A stretch of 64,000 nt of DNA from Bacilli bacterium (lineage in GTDB: Bacteria > Bacillota_I > Bacilli_A > RF39 > UBA660): assembly GCA_017432665.1 (NCBI GenBank), contig JAFRIS010000032.1:11759-75758 (forward strand), in the 5' to 3' direction. Position 1 is the first letter of the stretch, and every line of letters begins with the position of its first letter. Below are positions 35,957 through 44,458 of the stretch, piece after piece. The position numbers and the translations under genes are program-made. The notes beneath the pieces are model-generated. The model was not told the origin of the DNA, made no database searches, and saw only the letters and a list, made by a program, of their open reading frames with translations.

Positions 35957-37984
35957 GTGGATAGAGTAGAGAGCGAAGAATTTATACCAATGGAAGAATA
36001 TTCCAAGGAAACAATTGATAATTTACTTGAATTTATCAAAAAAGAAAAAAACATCTCTCAAGTAGCTAGTGTTTTAGAATTAAGCCCGTTCGAGATACTA
36101 GGTTTAGTACATGATTTGAGAGATAGTGGATTCAATATTATCGTAAAAGAATATGATGATGGATTCCATTTACTTAATCAAGGTGATCAAACTAATAATG
36201 AACATAGTCATTATGAATTTGAAACTGATGAGAACAATGAATTTAAATTTGTAGCTATTTCTGATGTAAGATTAGGTGCTAAATCGCAACAATTAGCTAT
36301 CTTGAATGATATTTATAAAAAAGCTAAAGAACAAGGTATTCATAATGTTATTGTTTGTGGTAATATTTCTGCAGGGTTAAAGCCGATAACCGATACAGAT
36401 ACTAATTTTATAGATGATACTCAGGCACAGATTGATTATATTGTGAATAATTATCCAAGAGTAGAAGGAATTAATACTTATTTTATTTCAGGTAAATTAG
36501 ATAATACACATTTAACTAAGAACAAAATTAATATAGGGCAAAGAATAGCTTCTCAAAGATCAGATATGATTTATTTAGGAGAAGATGCTTGCGATATTGA
36601 TATTGATAGAATAAAGATGCAGGTAATGAGTAGTAAGCTTAGTAAAACTTATACTGCGTCATATCGTACTCAACAAACAATAGATGCTTATCGTAGTGAA
36701 GATAAACCAGATGTTTTAGTTTATGGTGGATTACTTCAAATGGAGAAATATAATTATCGTGATGTTAAATGTATTTCTACACCAAGTGTTTGCGCAACTG
36801 ATAAAGAGATGAAGACTAAGAGATATGCTAATACTATTGGTGCTTGGTATGTTACTTTAAAAGCTAAAGAAAATGGTAAATTAGACCATATAACTGCGAT
36901 TGATTCACCATACTATGTAACTAATAAGAAAGATTATCAAGGTACCAATATTTCTTCTAATATGAATAAAAAAACACCAGATATGGATAGTGCAAGTATT
37001 CAAACAGCTTTAAAAACACTTAAGTATGTTAAGAATGGTATGCCTATTGATACATTTATGTCAAAGTTCCATATTAGTTATAAAGAATTACAGGGTTTAC
37101 TATTAATATGGGAAAGTTGTAATAAAAAAGTGGATATTGTTCCAGACGGAAAAGAAATGGTCTTTAAAAAGAACTATCAAAGATCAGTATCCATGAGTAA
37201 ACCTAGCCTAGATAGTTTAATCGAAAATGAAATATTAGTTGTATCAGATACACATTTTGGTAATATTCATAATCAATTACATTTATTAAATGATTTATAT
37301 GAAGAAGCATATAAAAGAGGAATAACTACTGTTCTTCATGTGGGTGATATGACTGATGGTAATTATCTAGAGAGAAAGGAAAGTCCTAGACAACAATTCT
37401 TACATGGTTTTGATGAACAAGTAGGATATGTAGTTGATATGTATCCAGAAATTGATGGAATGGAAACTTTCTATATTTTAGGTAGCCATGATGAAACCCA
37501 TTATAAAAATGGTGGTGCTACTGTTAGTAAATGGGTTGATAAAAATCGTAAAGATATGCATTATTTAGGACAAGATACAGGTGAATTTATGCTTGACAAG
37601 GTAAAGATTGTTTTAGATCATCCAGGAGGAGGTTCTTCTCAATCAGTATCTTATAAACCACAAAAGAGAATTGAAATACTTGAATCACATATTAAGCCAA
37701 AGATATTATTAATTGGTCATTATCATAAATCATATGCTTTTGTTTATCGTAATGTTCAGTGTATTGAAGTACCTGCTTTATGTGCTAAGACTCAATTTCA
37801 ACAAAAACAAGGTTTAATAAATAGTATGGGTGGATATTTCTTGAAGATATATTCTGATAAAAAAGGAAATATTCAATACTTAGAGCCGGAAGAAGTTGTC
37901 TATGATCATAAAGATATTTGGGATGAAGCTGGTAAAGATAAGAGAAAAGTTAAAAAATTAGAAATTAAACATGGAATTTATTAA
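35957..37984 (+). CDS. Internally duplicated (HTH-like + calcineurin-type metallophosphoesterase) x2 protein; only the second half is catalytically intact
   Basis: GTG start with GGGGAGG SD. C-terminal half has VVSDTHFGN, HVGDMTDGN, GSHDETH, DHPGGG, GHYHKS. N-terminal half is collinear with these residues replaced. Confidence 0.7.
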   Translation: MDRVESEEFIPMEEYSKETIDNLLEFIKKEKNISQVASVLELSPFEILGLVHDLRDSGFNIIVKEYDDGFHLLNQGDQTNNEHSHYEFETDENNEFKFVAISDVRLGAKSQQLAILNDIYKKAKEQGIHNVIVCGNISAGLKPITDTDTNFIDDTQAQIDYIVNNYPRVEGINTYFISGKLDNTHLTKNKINIGQRIASQRSDMIYLGEDACDIDIDRIKMQVMSSKLSKTYTASYRTQQTIDAYRSEDKPDVLVYGGLLQMEKYNYRDVKCISTPSVCATDKEMKTKRYANTIGAWYVTLKAKENGKLDHITAIDSPYYVTNKKDYQGTNISSNMNKKTPDMDSASIQTALKTLKYVKNGMPIDTFMSKFHISYKELQGLLLIWESCNKKVDIVPDGKEMVFKKNYQRSVSMSKPSLDSLIENEILVVSDTHFGNIHNQLHLLNDLYEEAYKRGITTVLHVGDMTDGNYLERKESPRQQFLHGFDEQVGYVVDMYPEIDGMETFYILGSHDETHYKNGGATVSKWVDKNRKDMHYLGQDTGEFMLDKVKIVLDHPGGGSSQSVSYKPQKRIEILESHIKPKILLIGHYHKSYAFVYRNVQCIEVPALCAKTQFQQKQGLINSMGGYFLKIYSDKKGNIQYLEPEEVVYDHKDIWDEAGKDKRKVKKLEIKHGIY

Positions 37985-38007
37985 AAGCACTTCAAGTGCT
38001 TTTTTTT
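37984..38007 (+). terminator. Intrinsic terminator
   Basis: AAAGCAC-ttcaa-GTGCTTT plus an 8-T run. Confidence 0.8.
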
Positions 38008-38133
38008 ATAAAAATGTAGCATCCTTATTTGTAAAGTGTTGCAATTATATGTAAAATTTATTTAATAAACTTGAAATTGAAATAATGATTTGATACGATT
38101 AAAATGTAAAAATAAGATAGAAGGAGATTTTTT

Positions 38134-38721
38134 ATGGAAAAGAAAAGAAATAGTCAAACAATTATTATTGCGGTTTTAGCAGTGGCCGTATTATTTATGT
38201 CAATTGGTTTCGCTGCATTCTCACAAACTTTAAATATTCAAAGTAGTGTTGATGTAGCAGAAGCTAAATGGGATATCCATTGGGATACTTCATCATATGC
38301 AAAATCTGCAGGAAGTGTAGATATTTTAAATCCATCAAAGACAGCTAATTCAAGCCCAACTTTAACTAACACAGATATTAGTTTTGGAGCTAAATTAGAA
38401 AAACCTGGAGATTACGCTGAATTTACAGTGAACGCAGTTAATGCTGGTACTTTTGATGCTAAATTAACAGCAATTACTATCTCACCAGAATTAACAGCTG
38501 CACAACAAAAATATTTAAGTTATACTGTAACTTATGCTGGAACAGAATATCATACATCAACAAGTGGTTTAAATGTTTCGTTACCAGCTAAATCATCAAA
38601 TACTGTAACTGTAAAAGTAAGAGTTGATTATAATCAACCAACTAATGCAGCAGATTTACCATCAGCTGATACAACAATCGCTGCAACTATTTCATTTGAT
38701 TACGAACAAGCTACAAATTAA
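38134..38721 (+). CDS. TasA/camelysin-like secreted fibre subunit with SipW-type signal peptide
   Basis: ..VLFMSIGFA|AFSQTLNIQSS parallels the TasA ..GGGTWA|AFNDIKSK cleavage region. LEKPGDYAEFTVNAVNAGTFDAKL parallels TasA LKPGDKLTKDFQFENNGSL. Strong AGAAGGAG SD. Confidence 0.75.
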   Translation: MEKKRNSQTIIIAVLAVAVLFMSIGFAAFSQTLNIQSSVDVAEAKWDIHWDTSSYAKSAGSVDILNPSKTANSSPTLTNTDISFGAKLEKPGDYAEFTVNAVNAGTFDAKLTAITISPELTAAQQKYLSYTVTYAGTEYHTSTSGLNVSLPAKSSNTVTVKVRVDYNQPTNAADLPSADTTIAATISFDYEQATN

Positions 38722-38750
38722 TAAAAACCTATAATTAGATAGGAGAACAC

Positions 38751-39887
38751 ATGAAAAAAAATATTAAAGTTATATACTGTATAGAATTGGCGTTATTACT
38801 TGTAAACTTAATATTTTATGGACTTATAAAAGTGATACCTAGTAAGTATAATATATATCTAGTTATCACTTTCTTGCTATTAATGGTTGTTCCATTAAGA
38901 CTCTTTTTTGGCAAGCAAAAAAACAAGAGTTATTACGCAGGATATACAAACAGAACAATAATTACTGTTTTAATGATCATGGGAATGATTATCTATGCTT
39001 TGGGATTAATCCTTAATTTTGGAAAAGGATATGGATATAATTCTCAAGCATTAATAAGTGCATTATCAGTAACTTCTTTAGTATTAGTAATGGAATATTT
39101 TAGAATGCTTGTAATTAAGAATAGTTATAGTAATGTAAAAACTATAATTATCTTTACAGTATTACTATCTGCGTTAGAAATATTTGCTAATACTGGTATT
39201 GGTACATTAAATTCATCATATAGAATATTTATCTATATTAGTAAAGTTATCATACCAATATTAGCAGAAAACTTTTTGTGTACTTATTTAACATATAAAG
39301 TAGATATAGGACCTAGTTTAATATTTAAACTAACGGTTAGTTTATATATGTATTTATTACCAATTGTTCCTAATCTAGGTGATTATTTGCTTTCTGTTGT
39401 AAAAATATTAACGCCATTTATAATATTTTATATTATTAATAGGGCATTGGTTGAAGAAGAAAAGAGTAAAAGAATTATTACTAACAATACATTAAAAGTA
39501 TTTAGTATTCCAATTATTGTGGTTTTAGTAATGCTAGTTATCTTAGTATCAGGTGTTTTTAAGAATAAGTTAGTTGCTATTGCTTCTAATTCAATGGCTC
39601 CAACATATTATCGTGGAGATGCAATTATATTAGAAAAAATGAAACCTGAAGATCTAAGAAAAGGTGATATTCTAGTATTTGAACGAAGTGATAGAATTAT
39701 TACACATAGAATAGTTGATATTAAGAAGAAACAAGATACATATTACTTTACCACTAAAGGTGATGCTAACAAGAGTGCTGATGGTTATGTTAGTACTAGT
39801 GATGATGTAATTGGAAAAGTAGATTATGTGGTAAAATACGTTGGCTTTCCAACTATATTAGTTAATGAATTGTTTGAGAGGAGTTAG
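38751..39887 (+). CDS. Fusion: ~270-aa polytopic membrane domain + archaeal/ER-type (SipW-like) signal peptidase I
   Basis: C-terminal IASNSMAPTYYRGDAIIL..GDILVF..IITHRIV..TTKGDANKSADGYV gives the Ser, His and Asp boxes of S26B peptidases. About 8 TM segments precede it. Confidence 0.8.
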   Translation: MKKNIKVIYCIELALLLVNLIFYGLIKVIPSKYNIYLVITFLLLMVVPLRLFFGKQKNKSYYAGYTNRTIITVLMIMGMIIYALGLILNFGKGYGYNSQALISALSVTSLVLVMEYFRMLVIKNSYSNVKTIIIFTVLLSALEIFANTGIGTLNSSYRIFIYISKVIIPILAENFLCTYLTYKVDIGPSLIFKLTVSLYMYLLPIVPNLGDYLLSVVKILTPFIIFYIINRALVEEEKSKRIITNNTLKVFSIPIIVVLVMLVILVSGVFKNKLVAIASNSMAPTYYRGDAIILEKMKPEDLRKGDILVFERSDRIITHRIVDIKKKQDTYYFTTKGDANKSADGYVSTSDDVIGKVDYVVKYVGFPTILVNELFERS

Positions 39888-39893
39888 GCTATT

Positions 39894-40940
39894 ATGAAGA
39901 CTATAAACAAAGTTATTAGAATTATCATATTAACTTTTTTACTAGTTGCTGGAACAGCACTAATTGTTTTTGGTCTAACTAAAAGTTATATTTCTCTTAA
40001 ATATAAAGAGAATAATTCACTAGAATATAAAGTTTTTCTAAAAAAGAATAATTATTTTGATACAGCTTATTTAGGAGAAAATAGAACTTATATTACTAGT
40101 ATTATTGATTATATAAAAATAAATTATCATTATAATTTAAATTTTAGTGAAAATGTTAATGGGGATTATACTTATCGTATTGATGCTGTTGTTTTAGCTA
40201 ATAAGCCAAATGGAAAAGATGGATATTATTGGCAAAAAGAGTATAATTTAGTAGAACCTAAAACATTAAAACTAAATAATGTAAATGCTATTTATATTAA
40301 TGAAATAGTAAAGGTGGATTATAGTAAATATAATAAGATATTAGAAGGATTTACTAAAGATTATTCTATTGAAACAGATGGACAATTAAAAATACAATTA
40401 GTAGTTGAAAGTAATGTAACTGGTGAAAAGTACACTGATACTATTAAAGTTCCATCTAATCTTAATTTAAAGATACCATTATTACAAAAAGCAGTAGAAG
40501 CTTCAATTGAAAAGAATGCTGTAAGTAATGATAGTGTTTTAACAATGGTTGATCCAATAGCTAAGAAGTTTAAACTAATATGTTTATTATTAGGTATTAC
40601 AATAATTATTCTTACTGTTGTATTAATTATTAGGATTATTATTAATAGAAATATTAATCGTCAAACTCATTTATACGCTTCTACATTAAAGAAATTTGTA
40701 GATTCTCATGATAGTATTATTGCAAATGTTACTAATCTACCTGATATAAGTGATTTAAGCTTAGTTAAAGTTAGTTCATTTGATGAATTAATTGATGTTT
40801 ATAATGAAGTAAGAATGCCTATTAACTTCTATGAAAATAAAGAACACACTAAGGCAACATTTAGAATTATAAATGATCGTATGTGTTGGGAATATGTCTT
40901 AGATAAAGACATAATAGAAAAGAAAAAACGTAGAAAATAA
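39894..40940 (+). CDS. Bitopic membrane protein (TM - ~200-aa outside domain - TM - ~100-aa cytoplasmic domain), fibre-locus accessory
   Basis: TM segments IIILTFLLVAGTALIVFGL and LICLLLGITIIILTVVLIIRIII. I recall a DUF5305-type family next to SipW genes, but this is unverified. Confidence 0.5.
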   Translation: MKTINKVIRIIILTFLLVAGTALIVFGLTKSYISLKYKENNSLEYKVFLKKNNYFDTAYLGENRTYITSIIDYIKINYHYNLNFSENVNGDYTYRIDAVVLANKPNGKDGYYWQKEYNLVEPKTLKLNNVNAIYINEIVKVDYSKYNKILEGFTKDYSIETDGQLKIQLVVESNVTGEKYTDTIKVPSNLNLKIPLLQKAVEASIEKNAVSNDSVLTMVDPIAKKFKLICLLLGITIIILTVVLIIRIIINRNINRQTHLYASTLKKFVDSHDSIIANVTNLPDISDLSLVKVSSFDELIDVYNEVRMPINFYENKEHTKATFRIINDRMCWEYVLDKDIIEKKKRRK

Positions 40941-40959
40941 TAGATAAAGGAAGATTGCT

Positions 40960-43380
40960 ATGAAGAGAAAGAAAAATAAGAATTCAAAGGATTATCGTGT
41001 AATTAGATTGAGTTTATTTCTTTCTCTTTTTTTCGTGTTTATTTTTATTGGAATATCAGTAGGATTTGCTCTATATACACAAGTTATTAATATTAATAGT
41101 AGTATTGGAGTAGATACTCAAGGAGCTTTTGAAATAACTAATGTTACTAAAACTAGTTCAAGTAATACTAGTGAAGCAGTACCTAGTTGGACTGCTGATT
41201 CAATTGATTTTAATTTAACATTTATTAAGAGTAATGAAGCTAGTCCAGTATATAGTGCTACTTATAATGTTACTTTAAAGAATGATACTTTCTTTGAAAG
41301 GTTAGTTTCAGCATTTAATTTTAATTTTACTGTTAATGATTCAAATGATCAGCCTATGGGTGTATTAGATTATGAAATAACTGGTATGGAAGAGGGAGAA
41401 GTAATGCAACCTCTTACAGAAAAGATAGTAACAGTTACTTTTACTTTTGTACCTACAGTAGATGCAAATGAGTATGAAGTTGACGGTAGCGGAACAGTTG
41501 AGTCAAATGAAAAACCAGCTGGTACAATTACGGTTAATTCTATGACTCCAGCAACAGGTAGTGTTAAAGATGGAGCACTACAACAAGTAACTATTAGTCT
41601 TAATAGTACTTATGCTGAAGCAAAAACATTTAATATTAGTATTGCCAGTGATAAATTAGAATTAGTAACTGCTGGGGGAACACCTTTAGGTACTTTTAAC
41701 ATAGCTGCTAACTCAGAAAATCAAAGTTATACTTTTTATATTAAAGCTAAAGATGATGCGTTATTCCCTGATGATACTATTACAGCAAGTCTTTCAGCTA
41801 TTTCAACAGGACTTCCTATAGTCAGATTGGGAAATATTACTTTAGATGTAAATAAACATGAAGAATATAATGATACAACTCCACCAGTTATTAGTAATTT
41901 AACTGCTACAATGAGTAATGAAGTAGGAGTAGTTAATTTAACATGGGATGGTACTGATGATTATAGTGGTGTTAAGAATTATACGATATTAGTGTGTAGT
42001 AACAATGGTAATGTTTTAAGAACTATTGATGCAGGTACTAATACTAGTTATGCAGTAAATGATTTAAGTAATGGTACGCAAGCAAATACTTATAATTTTA
42101 AAGTATATGGTACTGATAATGAAAATAATACAGCTAGTAATAGTGATATTAATAATGCAGGTACAGGTAGTGGTTATTGTGTAGCTACGGGAAATAATTC
42201 ATATCAATGGGTATATACTGTTACTAGAACACTAAACAATTTAAGTAGTAGTGGAGAAAATACCGCTAATATAGGAAGTACTTATACTTGTACTTTAACT
42301 GCTAATAATAACTATAGTTTACCTAATACAATTACAGTTAGAATGGGTAATAGAAACTTAACAGTTAATAATGGTTATACATATAATGCTAATAATGGTA
42401 GAGTTAGTATTCCTAATGTTGATGGTAATATTACAATTACTGCTAGTGGAAATAGGACGGGTATTTGTTTAATAGAAGGTACAAAAATCTTAATGGCTAA
42501 TGGAAAATATAAGAATATTGAAGATATTGGTTATGATGATCTAATGGCAGTATGGAGTTACAATACAGGAAGTTTAGTATATGAATATCCTATATGGATA
42601 GAATCTACTAGTGTTGAAGATAAGTATCAACAAACAACATTCTCTGATGGTACAACTCTAAATACATCAGGAGATCATGGTATATATAATTATGATTTAG
42701 GAATGTTTGTTTCAATAGAAGATAGAGAATACTTCAATGTAGGGAGTACGGTTGCTAAAGTCAAGAATGGAAAAATAAAGAAAGTTAAAGTTACTGATAT
42801 TAGAACTATCTATAAAGAAGTAAAACTATATCATGTAATATCATCATATTACTTTAATATTATTTCTGATGATGTTATTACTACTGATCGTAATCTTATG
42901 ATTTCTAATCAATATGGCTTTACAAGTAATATTACATGGCCTAATAAAAATCAGTATAAAGTAAAGAATGACCCTAGTCATTTATATACTTATGATGATT
43001 TTAAAGATATTATGCCATATTATATATTTAAAGGATTAAGAGTTGATGAAGGTAAATACTTAGTAGATATTGGATTGATATCTCACGAAGAATTAAAAAT
43101 GTATTTATACTTATATCCAGCTAATCCAGATTATTATAGACCAGTAGAAACAAATAAAGATGGCAAAAGAATGTGGATGGTTACTACTTCTAAAGATAAA
43201 GTAACTGATAAAAACAAATATAAATATAAGGTAGAAGAAGGATCTATTTATCAATTAAAGAAGAATAAGAAAATAAAATGTTATCGTAACAGCATTGATA
43301 ATAAGTGTTATAAACCTGGTAGTAAGATCAAAGTTTATTCAGGAATGCACTTTACAGTTGAATATAAGAATAATAAATAG
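40960..43380 (+). CDS. 806-aa secreted protein: TasA-like N-terminal signal/strand + beta-rich domains + FN3 + Hint (intein-like) domain + unknown C-terminal module
   Basis: GISVGFALYTQVININSS mirrors the 38134 product. FN3-like PPVISNLTAT..VNLTWDGTDDYSGVKNYTI..YNFKVYGTDNENN. Hint block starts at Cys503 (GICLIEGTKILMANG). Confidence 0.7.
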   Translation: MKRKKNKNSKDYRVIRLSLFLSLFFVFIFIGISVGFALYTQVININSSIGVDTQGAFEITNVTKTSSSNTSEAVPSWTADSIDFNLTFIKSNEASPVYSATYNVTLKNDTFFERLVSAFNFNFTVNDSNDQPMGVLDYEITGMEEGEVMQPLTEKIVTVTFTFVPTVDANEYEVDGSGTVESNEKPAGTITVNSMTPATGSVKDGALQQVTISLNSTYAEAKTFNISIASDKLELVTAGGTPLGTFNIAANSENQSYTFYIKAKDDALFPDDTITASLSAISTGLPIVRLGNITLDVNKHEEYNDTTPPVISNLTATMSNEVGVVNLTWDGTDDYSGVKNYTILVCSNNGNVLRTIDAGTNTSYAVNDLSNGTQANTYNFKVYGTDNENNTASNSDINNAGTGSGYCVATGNNSYQWVYTVTRTLNNLSSSGENTANIGSTYTCTLTANNNYSLPNTITVRMGNRNLTVNNGYTYNANNGRVSIPNVDGNITITASGNRTGICLIEGTKILMANGKYKNIEDIGYDDLMAVWSYNTGSLVYEYPIWIESTSVEDKYQQTTFSDGTTLNTSGDHGIYNYDLGMFVSIEDREYFNVGSTVAKVKNGKIKKVKVTDIRTIYKEVKLYHVISSYYFNIISDDVITTDRNLMISNQYGFTSNITWPNKNQYKVKNDPSHLYTYDDFKDIMPYYIFKGLRVDEGKYLVDIGLISHEELKMYLYLYPANPDYYRPVETNKDGKRMWMVTTSKDKVTDKNKYKYKVEEGSIYQLKKNKKIKCYRNSIDNKCYKPGSKIKVYSGMHFTVEYKNNK
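42466..42894 (+). other. Hint/bacterial-intein-like domain inside the 806-aa protein
   Basis: N-terminal C-LIEGTKILMANG, block-B-like TSGDHGIY, C-terminal LYHVISSYYFNIISDDVITTDRN. There is no HN+Cys/Ser/Thr splice junction. Confidence 0.65.
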
Positions 43381-43388
43381 GAGGTATT

Positions 43389-44408
43389 ATGAAATACTTA
43401 TTAATTGCTATTATAGTTGGTGTAATTATTAAAGTGATTAGGGACAAGCAAAATACTAGTAATAAAAAAATAAAAGATATTAATAATTTCACAATCTATG
43501 CTATTAAAGATTATGTAATAATTTTGGATATTGCTACTATATTTTTCTTTGCGTTAGCAGTATTTGCTATTAATCCAAGTGATGAAAGTCAAAAGTTTAT
43601 TTGGATTGCATTTGTTTTATGGGGATTTTTATCTTTACTAGGATCATTGGCTATTAGAAAAAAGATAGTTTTTAAAAACGATACTATTACAGTAAAAAAG
43701 GTTTTATTACCAAGTTTTAAAAAATATAGTATTAAAGATATTACTAGAGTAGAAAAATCAGAACAATTCTTTAAAGTATATAGTAATGATAAATGTATTT
43801 TTACTTGTGATAATGATTTAATTGGATATGATGCTGCTTTAAAAAGATTTGAAACAGAAGGTATTAAAATCACTGGATATAAAGGAAGATTATTAACTAA
43901 GAAAAGCATGTTGCATAGTCAAATATTATTATTTACTTCTTTACTCTTTTTCGTTTTAGTCTTTTGTTTTGAAATTCCTTTAATTCTTCAAGAACCAACA
44001 TTTAAAACGGTGTTAGATTCTCTTTTGGTAGGTGTAGTAATAATTGGTATACCAATGGGATTATTATACTTATGGTTTGTACCTAGAGGCTATTTTCAAA
44101 TATCTAAAATAGAAAAGGCTTTAAATATTGATTTTGATGATGAAATGAAAAAGTTGGATGTTACTGATAAACAATTTATTAATAATGATTGGTTTATTGA
44201 TATTCCTGCTAGGATGATAACTTATCCAATTATTTATCATAAAAAATATATAAAATCGTTAGATGAATTCAAAAAAGAAGAAGATAGAGAAGACTATACT
44301 ACGATGATAGAAACCATAGATGGAGTTCAAAAAATACATTTTTATAGTTACAGTAGTAGATGTCAATTTGAAGATTGGTTTAAAGGAATTTCATCTAAAA
44401 AACATTGA
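43389..44408 (+). CDS. Polytopic membrane protein with two soluble inserts, unknown function
   Basis: 8-nt gap after the Hint protein gene. 5 TM segments. The segment after TM3 (IVFKNDTITVKK..YSIKDITRVEK) reads like a bacterial PH-type domain, but this is unverified. Confidence 0.45.
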   Translation: MKYLLIAIIVGVIIKVIRDKQNTSNKKIKDINNFTIYAIKDYVIILDIATIFFFALAVFAINPSDESQKFIWIAFVLWGFLSLLGSLAIRKKIVFKNDTITVKKVLLPSFKKYSIKDITRVEKSEQFFKVYSNDKCIFTCDNDLIGYDAALKRFETEGIKITGYKGRLLTKKSMLHSQILLFTSLLFFVLVFCFEIPLILQEPTFKTVLDSLLVGVVIIGIPMGLLYLWFVPRGYFQISKIEKALNIDFDDEMKKLDVTDKQFINNDWFIDIPARMITYPIIYHKKYIKSLDEFKKEEDREDYTTMIETIDGVQKIHFYSYSSRCQFEDWFKGISSKKH

Positions 44409-44458
44409 CAATTAGAAATTATGATATAATATTATATATATAATAAAGGAGTATGATT

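Noticed and set aside
38722-38750. Small hairpin CCTAT-aattag-ATAGG between the fibre subunit gene and the peptidase gene, as a partial terminator or SD-sequestering element that would set subunit excess.
   Set aside because: The stem is only 5 bp with no T run. The idea is plausible by analogy with pilin operons, but the sequence alone does not support it.
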